NCBI RefSeq assembly: GCF_009914755.1 | Contig: NC_060947.1 | DNA length: 64,000 nt | DNA from: the human T2T-CHM13v2.0 reference genome, Homo sapiens | Reading direction: 5' to 3' (one strand) | In this document: piece after piece, positions 32,622 through 45,300 of the stretch | How the letters are laid out: each line of letters starts with the position of its first letter | How positions within the stretch are numbered: position 1 is the first letter of the stretch | Notes under the pieces: model-generated | Told to the model about the DNA's origin: nothing | The model's input: only the letters and a program-made list of their open reading frames with translations | The model's database searches: none | Made by a program: the position numbers and the translations under genes

Positions 32622-33029
32622 AGGGGAGCAGGGGAGCATAAATGTAGAAAACATGATAAGCAATGCCTTCTCCTGGCATTTTAGTAATGTGATATCTATG
32701 ACTAGAGAAACCCACACTGCTTTGAAGAGTTTGTCAATTCTACCTCCTTCCTGAATCCATTTCTTTTTAAAAATTTTAAGCAACAAAAAGTCAGTTTTTC
32801 TTCTCAATTCCTCTCTCCTACAATACCTGATATGTATAAGTGTAAATAAAATAGAATTGTGGTCACAAAACAAACCAGAAAATTTAAAGAAGACATGAAG
32901 TAGGGATCATGTAATTCCCCTCAACTCCAAAATTGTGTTTGCAGGCTTTACACTCCATTCTCAGCTTTTTTTTTTATTATTTTTCATTTTATAATTTTAT
33001 TTTTAAAATTAATACATATATTTATATAT

Positions 33030-33308
33030 TTGATTTTTGTGAGTACATAGTAGGTATACATATTCATAAGGTACATGAAATAATTTGATACAGTCATGCA
33101 ATGAGAAATAATCACATTATGAAAAAGGGTTATTTATCCGCTAAGCATTTATCCTTTTTATTAGAAACAATCTAATTATATATAGTTTTAGTTATTTTAA
33201 AATATATAATTCAATTATTATTAACTGTAGCCACTCTGCTGTATATAAAATACTAGGTCTTATTCATTCTTTATAACTACATATTTTTAACATATTAACC
33301 ATCCCCAA
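33030..33308 (-). mobile_element. L1MA2/3-like 3' end
   Basis: TTTTTGTGAGTACATAGTAGGTATA...CATGCAATG..AATAATCACAT...TACTAGGTCTTATTCATTCT. Confidence 0.8.
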
Positions 33309-33314
33309 TTATAA

Positions 33315-33710
<396 letters not shown>

Positions 33711-33759
33711 TTGGGTCTTTTAACATATGATGCTGTACCATTCTATGATTTAAACTAAT

Positions 33760-34500
33760 AAAAAGTGAATAAATACAAGTGAAAAAATAACTAATGGACA
33801 TGATTCTAAAGGTACCAAAATTATCAATTTCACAAAGCAATGACCAAACTTAACAATTAAGATATATGAATCAGTTTCAGCAAGAGGAAACTGGAATACA
33901 TTTATATTTATTGTTGAAATAATTATAGTACCACAATTTTGTGACCTTTAATGAATTAATTTACTTGGACATTGATCATAAATGGTTGCTAAGTTCACAA
34001 AAAAGCAACTAGACTTCACGTGTTTAATAATAAAAGAATGCAACACCACCTATGAAGTAATTAAGAGTCAAAAACCATCTCTGAGTCTGATTATTCATGT
34101 AGGACATAAATTTGCCAGAAACATTTACAGGATAAGATATTATATAATAGCACTAGAATATTGAGACCACAAAAATTCAGACTGTGGGATAATCTACAGA
34201 AAAAAAATAAAAAGAAAAAGAAAAAAGAGTGAAGGCAGGAAGAAGTAGCAAGAGTTATCCATAAATTAAGTGACTTATAATATATCTCAACTAATTGCAT
34301 TATATGGAACTAACATTGCTACCCCTGTTTTTTGCAAGGAATTTTCTTTTTTAGTTTTAACTTTTACATTTAAGTTAGGTTTTTGATTCATTTTGAGTTT
34401 TTTTCTGTTTTTATTTATTTATTTATTTATTTTGTATGTGGCGTGAAGTAAGGGGCCAACTTCATTCTTTCACATGCAGCTATACAGTTGTCTCAACACT
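33760..34500. mobile_element. Old L1MC/ME fragments (sense 3' UTR about 33760-34320, antisense ORF2 about 34340-34500)
   Basis: AAAAATTCAGACTGTGGGATAATCTACAG and TTTGTATGTGGCGTGAAGTAAGGGGCCAACTTCATTCTTT. Confidence 0.5.
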
Positions 34501-34532
34501 ACTGGTTCTGTTTCTCTGGAGAACCTTGACTT
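34500..34532 (+). mobile_element. MLT2 LTR terminal scrap
   Basis: TACTGGTTCTGTTTCTCTGGAGAACCTTGACT matches the MLT2 3' terminus. Confidence 0.55.
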
Positions 34533-35222
34533 TTTGGGTACAGCTTCTAAGACTCAAAAAGCTTAATAAGATGCTAGGATTCGTTTTGGTAGAAGGGTAG
34601 AGGAAGTGAAGAGAAAGCCTTTTTAAGGCATGTGATAAGGATTGAGTATTGTGAATTCACTCACATTGTCCCAAGAAAATATATTAGGCAAGTAGGTCCT
34701 TGACAAGGTCTATCAGATTATTCTTTTGGCAGAGGTAAAATAATATCACAGTCAGTGCTATTAAGACTGTGTCTTCTTAATTGGCAGGATATTCTCTATA
34801 TATTGAAAATGTTGGACATTAGAAGTGAGAGACACTTATGTTAAATACTGACAAACTCAACTGGCAGAAATAGAAGGGGAGTTTGTCTTCCTAGCACTCC
34901 TCTATTTGTAGCTGTTACCCCCAAAAGTTAATCCTCTATGGCATTTATGAATAGAGAAGTGCAATAATAAAACATATTCATTTCTACTATGTATTCAGAT
35001 TTAGAAGAAACTGAAGGAAACACATTGAATTAGTCAAAAGGCTTCAGCCACAAGTTTATGTTAGTTTTCTCCCCCTACTATAAATACTGCACAAAGATCA
35101 CTTGTTGAATTAGGATGTTTCTATCCTCCATGGACACAGATAGGATGGTGACTGAGGCACCTGAATCTAACATAATCACAAAAGTTTTCGTCTACACATT
35201 CTCTGAAGTTTCCAGGATACTC

Positions 35223-35224
<2 letters not shown>

Positions 35225-35259
<35 letters not shown>

Positions 35260-35279
35260 GTGGTGGTGGTGTTGTTTTT
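35225..35279. repeat. Poly-T (34 nt) grading into (GGT)n/(GTT)n
   Basis: Seen directly. Confidence 0.95.
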
Positions 35280-35746
35280 CTTAAACTGAGGTTGTGGTAG
35301 AGGAAGAATGAGAGATTAGAGGGCGTGAACAAAGAGAACAACATTGCACCAGTAATTAACACAAATTTACTTTCTTTTTCCAGGAGCCTGTTCACCTCTT
35401 AACAATGCAAGCAAATGAACTTCTGTTTTATTGATCAATCTAAAGCTCTATATCAGCATTAGAGACACATGGAAGCTTTCTCTTCCTGCCTGGAGAACAG
35501 TGAAAAACAAAATTTAGGCAGCCTGTCTTTATCCTACCCATCCAAACTCAGCCTCATTAAAAGGTAGAACACCAAGATACCTTTACCTTTAACTTACTCA
35601 CCTCTTGTCAAGAACATTTGCTACTTGATCCCAGGAAGATTTCTCATGTTTGCGAATCTAGCACATGTAGAGCTGTTGTTCTTTTCTCTTGCAGAAAGTC
35701 ATGTCACCATTTAGATACCATCTTCATTACCAAAACTATCAAAAAC

Positions 35747-36275
35747 TGTGAAGGATTTTAGATTTTACTCTACCTAAAATCACACATATTAATTTGTTTC
35801 ATAGATGCTGAGAGAGAAAATAGATGCTGAGAGAAGACAAGAATCCCAGGTCAGAGAAAAGAATAGATTACTAATGGCAGAGCAGGCAGCATGACCCTCA
35901 TGTTTGCAAGAGTCACCCCTTGTTCTCCCTACCATACAGAGGAAATGTGGTGGCAGACCCAGTTGGATGCTGTGCAGGTAGTGAATTTATGTTCACAGCT
36001 GAAGAACTCAGAGTGTAGGAAACCCTAACCTTGTAAGGTGAAGGCTAGAAAAGATGCCCAGTCTTCACCCTGGAGTGATACCTTTTTTTTATTTTTAAAT
36101 TCTGCTAGTCAGAAAATAAATCTTCCATCTACCATGAAGGTAATGACTATCTTTTTGCACAGGCTGTTTGCAAGTAGGCATCCTTAGTAAGATAGAGAAT
36201 AATAAAAATGGTTAATTTCTTTGCTCAGAAGAAAAGAATAAAGGCAATTATTCCATGAATAACTGTCTCTCAACA
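35747..36275 (-). mobile_element. ERVL LTR (MER54/MER73/MER74 group)
   Basis: TG...CA termini (TGTGAAGG...AACTGTCTCTCAACA), CCAGGTCAGAGA and GCTGAAGAACTCAGAG motifs. Confidence 0.55.
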
Positions 36276-37482
36276 TTATACAGTTCTAATCATTCCTGTT
36301 TTTAACAGAGAACGGTCTCTCCAATTTAAGTCCTTATACATGAATAGAGATTTGTTTTATGGAACAAACTAAGGTCTATCTTAATTAACATATAAGGTAC
36401 ACTTCAAAAATGTGTATTATGCAATTTTAGAATGCCATGTTCTATAGATACCAATTGGGTTAAAATTGTTCATACTATTTTTTTTAATATCGATGATATT
36501 TTTCAGAATGTCCCATTAATTGTGGAGAAAGTCTTGTTAAATTCTACAATTATAATTTTTTTAATTCCAAGTTTTTTTTTATATTCGGAGGGTATATGTG
36601 CGGGTTTGTTACATAGGTATACCACATGATGCTGATGTTCAATGTATGATTGTTCCCATCACCCAGAAACAGAGCACAGTGTCCAATAGTTAGTATTTCA
36701 AACCTTGCTCCACTCTTGCCCTCTCCTGTCTGGTAGTCCTCAGTGTCTATTTTTGCCATCTTTACATCCATGAGCACCCAATGTTTAGCCCCCACTTATA
36801 AGTCAGAACATATGGTATTAGGTTTTGTTCCTGTGTTAATTCATTTCAGATAATGGCCTCCAGATGCATCCATGTTGTTGCAAAGGATATAATTTTCTTC
36901 TCTTTAATGGGTGCTTAGTATTCTATGGTGTATATGTATCACAGTATCTTTATCCAAACCACCATTGATGTGCATCCAGGTGGATTCCATGTCTTTGCTA
37001 TTGTGAATAGTACCATGTCAACATGCAAGTGCATGTGTCTTTTTGGTAGAACAATTCGTTTTCTTTTGGATATATACCCAGTAATAAGATTGCTGGGCTG
37101 AATGGTAATTCTATTTTAAGCTCTTTGAGAAATCTCCATACTGCTTTTCACAGTGGCTAAGCTAATTGGCATTCCCACCAACAGTGTATAAGTGTGTCCT
37201 TATCTCTGCAGCCTCATCAGCATCTTTTGCTTTTTGACTTTTCAACAATAGTCGTTCTGACTAGTATTGGATGGCATCCCATTTGGTTTTGATTTGCATT
37301 TCTCTGATGATTAGTGATGCTGAACATTTTTTCTTATGTTTGTTGGCCACTTGTGTATCTTCTTTTGAAAGTGCCTGTTCATGTCTTTTGCCCACTTTCT
37401 AATGGGGTTATTTGTATTTTGTTTATTGAATTCTTTAAGTTTCTTATAGATACTGGATATTATATGTTTGTTAGAGGCATAG

Positions 37483-38043
37483 GGTATTAGCCAGGATATG
37501 CCAGAGGGAAATAACCAATAGGAGTTTATTAGGGAGATTTGGCTCACATGATTACCAGGCGAAATCACACAACAGGCAGTCTGCAAGCTGAGGAAAGAGA
37601 AAAGCTGTTAGTAGCTCAGTCCAAGTCTAAAAGCCTCAAAGCCAGGAAAGTTGACAGTGCAGTTTGCAGTTTGCGGCCAAAGCCCAAGAGCCTCCAGGAA
37701 ATCACTGGTACAAGTCCCAGAGTCCAAAGGCCAAAGAACCTGAAGTCTGATGTCCAAGGTCAGGAGGAGTAGAAGCAAGAATCTGGCACAGGAAGAAAGA
37801 CAGAGCCAGAAGATGCAGCAAGCCAGCTTATAACCTCTTCTGCCTGCTTTGTTCTAGCCACACTGGCAGCCAACTGGATGGTCCCCACCCACATTCAGGG
37901 TAGGTCATCCTCTCCCAGTCCTCTGACACAAATGTCAGTCTCCTCTGGCAACACCTGCACAGACACACCCAGAAACACTACTTTACCAGCCATCTAGACA
38001 TCCCTCAATCCAGTAAAGTTGACATCTAGTGTTAACCATCACA
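37483..38043 (-). mobile_element. MLT2A (MLT2A2-like) solo LTR
   Basis: GTATTAG...GTTGACATCTAGTGTTAACCATCACA. 5-bp TSD CATAG at 37478-37482 and 38044-38048. Confidence 0.9.
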
Positions 38044-39377
38044 CATAGTTTGTGAATAATTTCTCCATTCTGTAGGTTGTTTACTCTCTTGATTGTTTCT
38101 TTAGCTGTGCAGAAGCTCTTTAGTTTAATTAGGTTCTACTTGTGAATATTTGTTTTTGTTGCAATTGCTTTTGAGGACTTACTTATAAATTCTTTTCTAA
38201 GGCCAATGTCCAGAATAGTTTTTCTTTATTTTCTCGTAGGACTCATAGTTGGATTAATTCATTAATCCAACTTGAGTTAATTTTTGTATGTGTTGAAAGA
38301 TAGAAATCCAGTTTCATTGTGTATATGGCTAGCCAGTCATCCTAGCACCACTTATTGAATAAGCAGCCCCTTTTCAGTTGCTGATTGTTGTTGACTTTGT
38401 CGAAGATCACATGGCTATAGGTCTCTGGCTTTATTTCTGGGTTCTCTATTTTTTTCCATTGATCTAAGTGTCTGTTTTGGTAATAGTACCATACATGTAA
38501 TAGTACCATTTTATTGCTCTAGCCTTATAATATAGTTTGAAGTCAGGTAACGTGATGACTCCAGCTTTCTGTTTGTTTGTTTTTGCTTCATATTTCCTTG
38601 GCCATACAGGTGACTGGTTCCATATAAATTTTGGAATTAGTTTTTGTAGTTCATTGAAAAGTAATGACTTTGGTAGTTTGATCGGAATAGCGTCGAATCT
38701 GTAGATTGCTTTGGGTGGTATGGCCATTTTAATGATATTTATTCTTCCAATCTATGAGCATGAAATGTTTTTCCATTTCTTTCTGTTATCTGTGAATTTT
38801 TTCAGCAGTATGTTGTAGTTCTCTTTATGGAATTAATTCATCTCCTTGGTTAGATGTATTCCCAGGTATTTTACTTTTTAGGGAAAATGTAAATGGGATA
38901 GCTTTCCTAATTTTGATCTCAGCTTGAATGTTACTGGTGTATAGAAATGTTACTAATCTTTGTACATTGACTTTTTTAATGCGGGGACTTTACTGAAGTC
39001 GTTTATCAGTTCCAGGAGCCTTTTGGCTGAGTCTTTTGGGTTTTCTAGGTATAGAATAGTATCATTAGCGAAGAGAAATAATTTGACATATTTGTTATGT
39101 GAATTCCTTTTATTTATTTATCTTGCCAGATTTCTCTGACTAGAACTTCCAGATCTTTTTCAGAAGAACTTCCAGAATGTTGAAGAGTAGTAGTGAGAGT
39201 GAGCATCCTTGTCTTGTTTCAGTTTTCAAGAGGAAAACTTCCAGCTTTTTCCTATTTTCTATAACGTTGGCTGTGGGTTTGTCATTAATGGCTTTTTATA
39301 TTTTGAGGCTTGTTCCTTTTTTGCTTCATTTGTTGATGGTTTCTATCATGAAGGGATGTTGATTTTATTGTGTTTTC

Positions 39378-42300
39378 AAGGAAGAGATAGAGGAAAATGA
39401 CAGAATAGAAGGCTCCACTGATCATCCCCCTCACATGGACACCAATTTAACAACTATCTACACAGAAAAACAAAAACAAAAACAGAAACAAAAACTTTAT
39501 AAGTACCAAAAATCAAGTGAACCTTCATAGTACCTGACTGTAACATCATATCACTGAAAATGGCACTGAAGAGATAGAAAAAAACAGTCTTGAATCATGA
39601 ATGCCACCCCTCTGCCACCCCCAAAAGCAGCAGTGTGGTACTGAGGGCATCTCTGGGTGCTGGAGTAGGGAGAGCAGAGCAATTGTGCAACATTGAACTC
39701 AGCGCTTTTCTATTAGAGCAGAAGGGAAAACTGAACTCACCTAACCTGATGGCTGCCCATAGAGGTAGCATTTAAACCAACTCTAGCTAGCGGGGAATAA
39801 TGGATCCCAGTGGTTGTAACTTGAGCTGCCATAAATCTTGCCACCAAGGGCTAAAGTGTACTCGATCTCTTAAGTAAACTTGAAAGGCAGTCTGGATTAG
39901 AAGGACTGCAACTCTTAGGCAAGTCCTCGTGCTAAAATAGGCCCACAGACAGTGAACTAGGGGGACACATGACCTGCTGAGACACCAGATGGGGAGGCTT
40001 AGGAAGTGCTGGCATCAGCCCTCTCCCTAACCCAAGGCTGCATGCCTCACACCTCCAAAACATACCCCTTCCATCCACTTTATGAAGGAAAGGGAAGAGT
40101 GGAGAAGACTTTTGCTTGCATCTTGGAAATGAGCTCAGCAGTAGCAGGATAGAACATTAGTCAGAGTCATCTGGACCCCATCCCAAACAATTCTAGACAC
40201 AGCCTGGGTCAGAAGGGAATCTGCTGCCTTGAAGGAAGGAACCCAATCTTTCCAGACTTCCTTACCTGCTAACTGAAGAGCCCTTAGGTCTTGAATAACC
40301 AGCAGCAGTACTCAGGTACTATGTCTAAGACCATGAGTGAAACACTGAAACTTGCTGACTTTGGGTACCAGCAAGGCCACAGAGGGGTAGAGCATCAAGA
40401 AGGCTCTTGAGTCTCCAATTCCAGGACTTGACTCTTGGATGTCATCTCTGGACCTTCCCTGAGACAGAGGGGAGCCTACTGCCCTGACGGGCGAGTCCTA
40501 GTCCAGGCAGCATTCACCACAAGCTGACTTAAGAGCCTTTGGGCTTTAAGGAACACTGGTGGTAGTCTGACAGCAATCTCCATGGCCTGTACTGGCAGTA
40601 GCTACTTGGTGAGGTTCCTCTGCCTTTGGAAAAAGGAAAGAGTGGGAAAGACTGCATCTTGTAGTTTCAATGCCAGCTTAGCACAGTACAACAGAATAAC
40701 TGGTAGACTTCTAAGGTTTCCGACTATAGTCTCTGTCTCCCAAAACAGCACCTCTGGACCCACCCACGGCTTGGGCGAACTTGCTGCTCTGAAGGAAGGG
40801 ACACGGGCCTAGCTGACTTTGCCACCTTCTGATTGTAGAGCTGCAGGGTTTGAGCAATAATTGGCTGTAGCCACAGAATGTCAGGGTTGCTTGTGACACC
40901 AGCTTTAGGTGGCTCAGAACATAGAGACTCCATTTGTTTGGAAGAAAGGAAGAGAAGAGAACAAGAGTCTCTGCTCGGTATTTCAGAGGTTTCTCCTGTA
41001 CCTTGTCCATGACCATCAAGACAATATCTCTAGGAGTCTGCAAGAACTACGTTGTTACTGGGCTTGGGGTGCACCTTAAAGCAGACACAGCTTAGATCAC
41101 AATATCCAAGTTTTTTAAAATATCTGGAAAGCCTTCCCAGGGAGGATAGGTACAAACAAGCCCAGACTGTGAAGACCACAATAAATACTGAATTCTTCAA
41201 TGCCTAGATGCTGAAAAACATCTACTAGCATCAACGCCATCAAGGAAAACATGACCTCACAAAATCAACTTAATAAGTCACCATTGACCTATCATGAACA
41301 AGCACACATATGTGACCTTTCAGACCAAGAATTTGAAATAGCTGTGTTGAGAATATTCAAAGAAATTCAAGATAGCACGGAAGACATTCATAATTTTATC
41401 AGATAAATTAAACATAGATCTTGAAATAATTGAATCAAGAAGAAATGTGGGGGCCGAAAAATGCATTTGACATACTAAAGAATTAGAGTCTTTTAAGAGA
41501 AAATTTGATCAAGTTGAAGAAAGAATTAATAAGCTTAAAGACAGTCTTTTTAAAAACACACAGTCAGAGGAGACAAAAGAACAAAGAATAAAAAAATAAG
41601 CACGCCTACAGGACATAGAAAATAGCTTCAAAAGGGCAAATCTAAGAGTTACTGGCATTAAGTAGGAGGTAGAGATAGAGATAGGGGTGCAAAATTTATT
41701 CAAAATGATAATAACAGAGCTTCCCAAACAGACAAAGATATCAGCATCCAAGTACAAGAAGAATAACAAGGAGATTGAACCCAAAGAATATTACCTCAAG
41801 GCATGTAATAATCAAATTCCCAAAAATCAAGTGTAAAGAAAGGACTCCAAAAGCAGCAAGAGAAAAGAAACTAATAAAGTACAATGAAGATCTAATACAT
41901 CTGGCAGAAGAATTTTCATTGGAAACCTTACAGGTCAGGAGAGGTTGACATTACATATTGAAGTGCTGAAGGAAAAAATAATCATTTATCCTGAAAAAGT
42001 ATATCTGGTGAAAATGTACTTCAAACATGAGGGAGAAATACAGACTTTCCAACACACACACAAAAATCTAAGAGATTTCATTAACACCAGATCTGTCCTA
42101 CAAGAAATGCTAAAGGGAGTACTTCAATCAGAAAGAAAAGGATGTTAATGGGCAGTAAATAATCACCTTAAGGTATAAAACTGACTGAAATAGTAAGTAC
42201 ACAGAAAAAAACAAAACCACCGTTATTAGTTTGTTCTCACATTGCTATAATCAAATATCTGAGACTGGTCAGTTTATTTAAATAAGAGGTTTAATTTGCT

Positions 42301-45300
42301 CACAATTTCACAGACTGTATAGGAAGCATGATGCTGGCATCTTCTCAGCTTCTGGGTCAATCTCAGGAAACTGACAATCATGGCAGGAGGCAAAGAGGGA
42401 GTAGTTCATATGGCCAGAGAAGGAGCAAGAGAGAGGGAAGGGGGAGTTTCTCCACACTTTTAAACAATCAAATCTCATACAAACTCACTCAATGTTATGA
42501 GAACAGTAGTACCAAGTGGAGATGGTGCTGAAACATTCATGAGGAATCCATCCCCATTATTCTATCACCTCCAATCAAACCCCACCTCCAACATTGGGGT
42601 TTACAATTTGACATGAGATTTTGTGGGGACACTAATCCAAACCATATCGTTCTAGCCCTGGCCCCTCCCAAATCTCATTTCTTTCTCACATTGCAAATTA
42701 CAATCATGCCTTCCTCAACAGTTTCCCAAAGTCTTAACTTATTTCAGCATTAACTCAAATGTCTAAAGTCCAAAGTCTCATCTGAGACAAGGTTAGACTC
42801 TTCCACCTATGAGCATGTAAAGTCAAAAACAAGTTAGTTACTCCTAAGACACAATGGGGATACAGGCATTGTGTAAATACCCCTACTTCAAAAAGGAGAC
42901 ATAGGCCAAAACAAAAGAGCTACAGACCCCATGGAGTTTTGAAACCCAGAAGGGTAGCCATTAAATCTTAAAGCTCCAAAATAATATTCTTCAATTACAT
43001 GTCCCAGATTCAGGGCAGAATAGTGTGAGGGGTAGGCTTCCAAGGCCTTGGGCAGCTCCACCACTGTGGTTTTGCAGGGTTCAGAACCCAAGGCTGCTAT
43101 CAAGGGCTGGCATTGTGTGCCAGGCTGAGGGAACAAGCTGCTGGTGGATCTACAATTCAGGGTTCTGGAAAATGATGGTCCTCTTATCAGAGCTCCACTA
43201 GGTAGTGCCCCAGTGAGGACTCTGTGTGAGGTCTCCAACCCCACATTTTCCCTCCATATTGCCCTAGTAGAGGTTCTCCATGAGAGCTCCACTCCTGCAG
43301 CAGCCTTCTTCTTGGGCATCCAAGCTTTTCTATACATTTTCTGACATCTAGGCAGAGGCTCCAAAGCCTCAAATCTTACATTCTGTGCACCTTCAGGCTT
43401 AAACGACATGGAAGCTGCCAAGGCCTACTGTTTGCACTTTCTGAAGCAGCAACCCTAGCTGTACCTAGGGCCCTTTGAGTCAAGGCTGCAGCCAGAGGAG
43501 CCCCGATGCAAGAAGCCATATACTGAAGTTGTTCAGGGCAGCAGGGCCTTTGGGCTGGCCCAGGAAACCATTCTTTTCTTCTAAGCCTCTGGGCATGTGA
43601 TGGGAGGGGCTGCCTCAAAGGTCGTTGCAATGTCTTCAAGACCTTTTTCCCATTGTCTTGGCTATCAGCCTTGGCTCCTTTTTACTTATGCATGTGTCTG
43701 CAACCTGCTTGAATTCTTCCCCTAAAAATTAGCTTTTCTTTTCTAACACATGGTCAGGGTGCAAATTTTCCAAACTTTAACACTCTGCTTTCCTTTTAAA
43801 TATAAGTTTGAGTTTTACATCTTTTCTTTGCTTATACATATTAGCAGAGGATGGTAAACAGCCAGGCCACATCTTGAATGCTTTTCCAATTAGAAATATT
43901 TTTCCCCAGATACCCTAAATTTTTGTTCTCAAGTTCAAAGTTTCACAGATACTTAAGACAGGAGCACAATGCAGCCAAACTTTTTGCTAAGTCATAACAT
44001 GCATGACACTTGCTCTAGCTCCAAATACATTCCTTATTTCTATCTGAGGTTTCATCATTTGTCTTTCATTGTCCATACTATAATCAGCGTTTGGGTCAAA
44101 AGGTCTCTTGAAAGTTTCAATTTTTTCTCATCTTCCTGGCTACTTCTGAGCCATCCACAATCTTCCAACTTCTGCCTGTTACCCAATCCAACCCTGCAAA
44201 GCTGCTTGCACATTCAGGTATTTTTATAGCAATGCCTCAATCCTTGTTACCAATTTTTCTGTGTTAGTTCATTCACACATTGCTTTAACGAAATATCTGA
44301 GACTGAGTATTTTATAAAGAAAAGAGGTTTAATTGGCTAATGTTTACACAGGTTATACAAGAAGCATATGCTGGCATCTGCTTGACTTCTGGAGAGACCT
44401 CAGGAAACTTACAATCATGGTGGAAGGCAAAGGGGGAGAAGCAATTTTTACAGCCAGAGAAGGAGCAAGAGAGACTAAAGTGGGAGGTACTACACACATT
44501 TAAAGAAACAGATCACATGAGAACTCACTCACTATGACAAGAACAATACCAAGAGGAGATGGTGCCAGAACATTCATGAGAAATCCACCCCCACAATCTA
44601 ATCACCTCCCACTATGCCCCACCTGCAACATTGGAGATTATAATTCAACATGAGATTTGGTGGGGACACAGATCCAAACCATATCCAGAGTATTTTAACA
44701 CTGTGACTGTGGTGTGTAAACTACTCTTATCTTAAGTAGAAAGACTAAATGGTAAGCCAATAAGCAATAATAACTACAACAAATTTTCAAGACATAGATA
44801 GTAGAATAAGATATAAATAGAAATAACAAAATGCTAAAAATCATGGGGATAAAATTAAGGTGTAGGGTTTTTCTTAGTTTGCTTTTTACTCGCATATTTG
44901 TTGGTTTATGCAAACCGTGTTAAGTTCTTATCAGGTTAAAATAATAAGTTATATGATTTGCAAGTCTCAGGGTAACCTCAAACCAAAAAAACATACAATG
45001 GAGACACAGAGAAACTACATCATACCACCTGAGAAAGTGACCTTTAATAAAGGAACACAGGAAGAAAAGAAAGAAAAAAAATAGTCCACAAAAGAATCAG
45101 AAAAGAAATAATAGAATGGCAGGAGTAAGTCCTTACCTATCAATAATATGAAATGTAGATGGACTAAACTCTCAAATCAATACACATAGACTAGTTGAAT
45201 GAGTGATAAAACGAGACCTATTGATCTGTTGCCTACAAGAAACAGACTTCACCTATAAAGACACACACAGACTGAATATGAAGGGATGGAAATATATATT

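Noticed and set aside
35225-35400. Poly-T as the tail of a processed pseudogene
   Set aside because: I see no TSD, no recognisable mRNA body and no properly placed polyadenylation signal.
42888-43421. 177-aa ORF
   Set aside because: It lies inside MST-int, is a remnant of the MaLR internal region, and has broken neighbouring frames.
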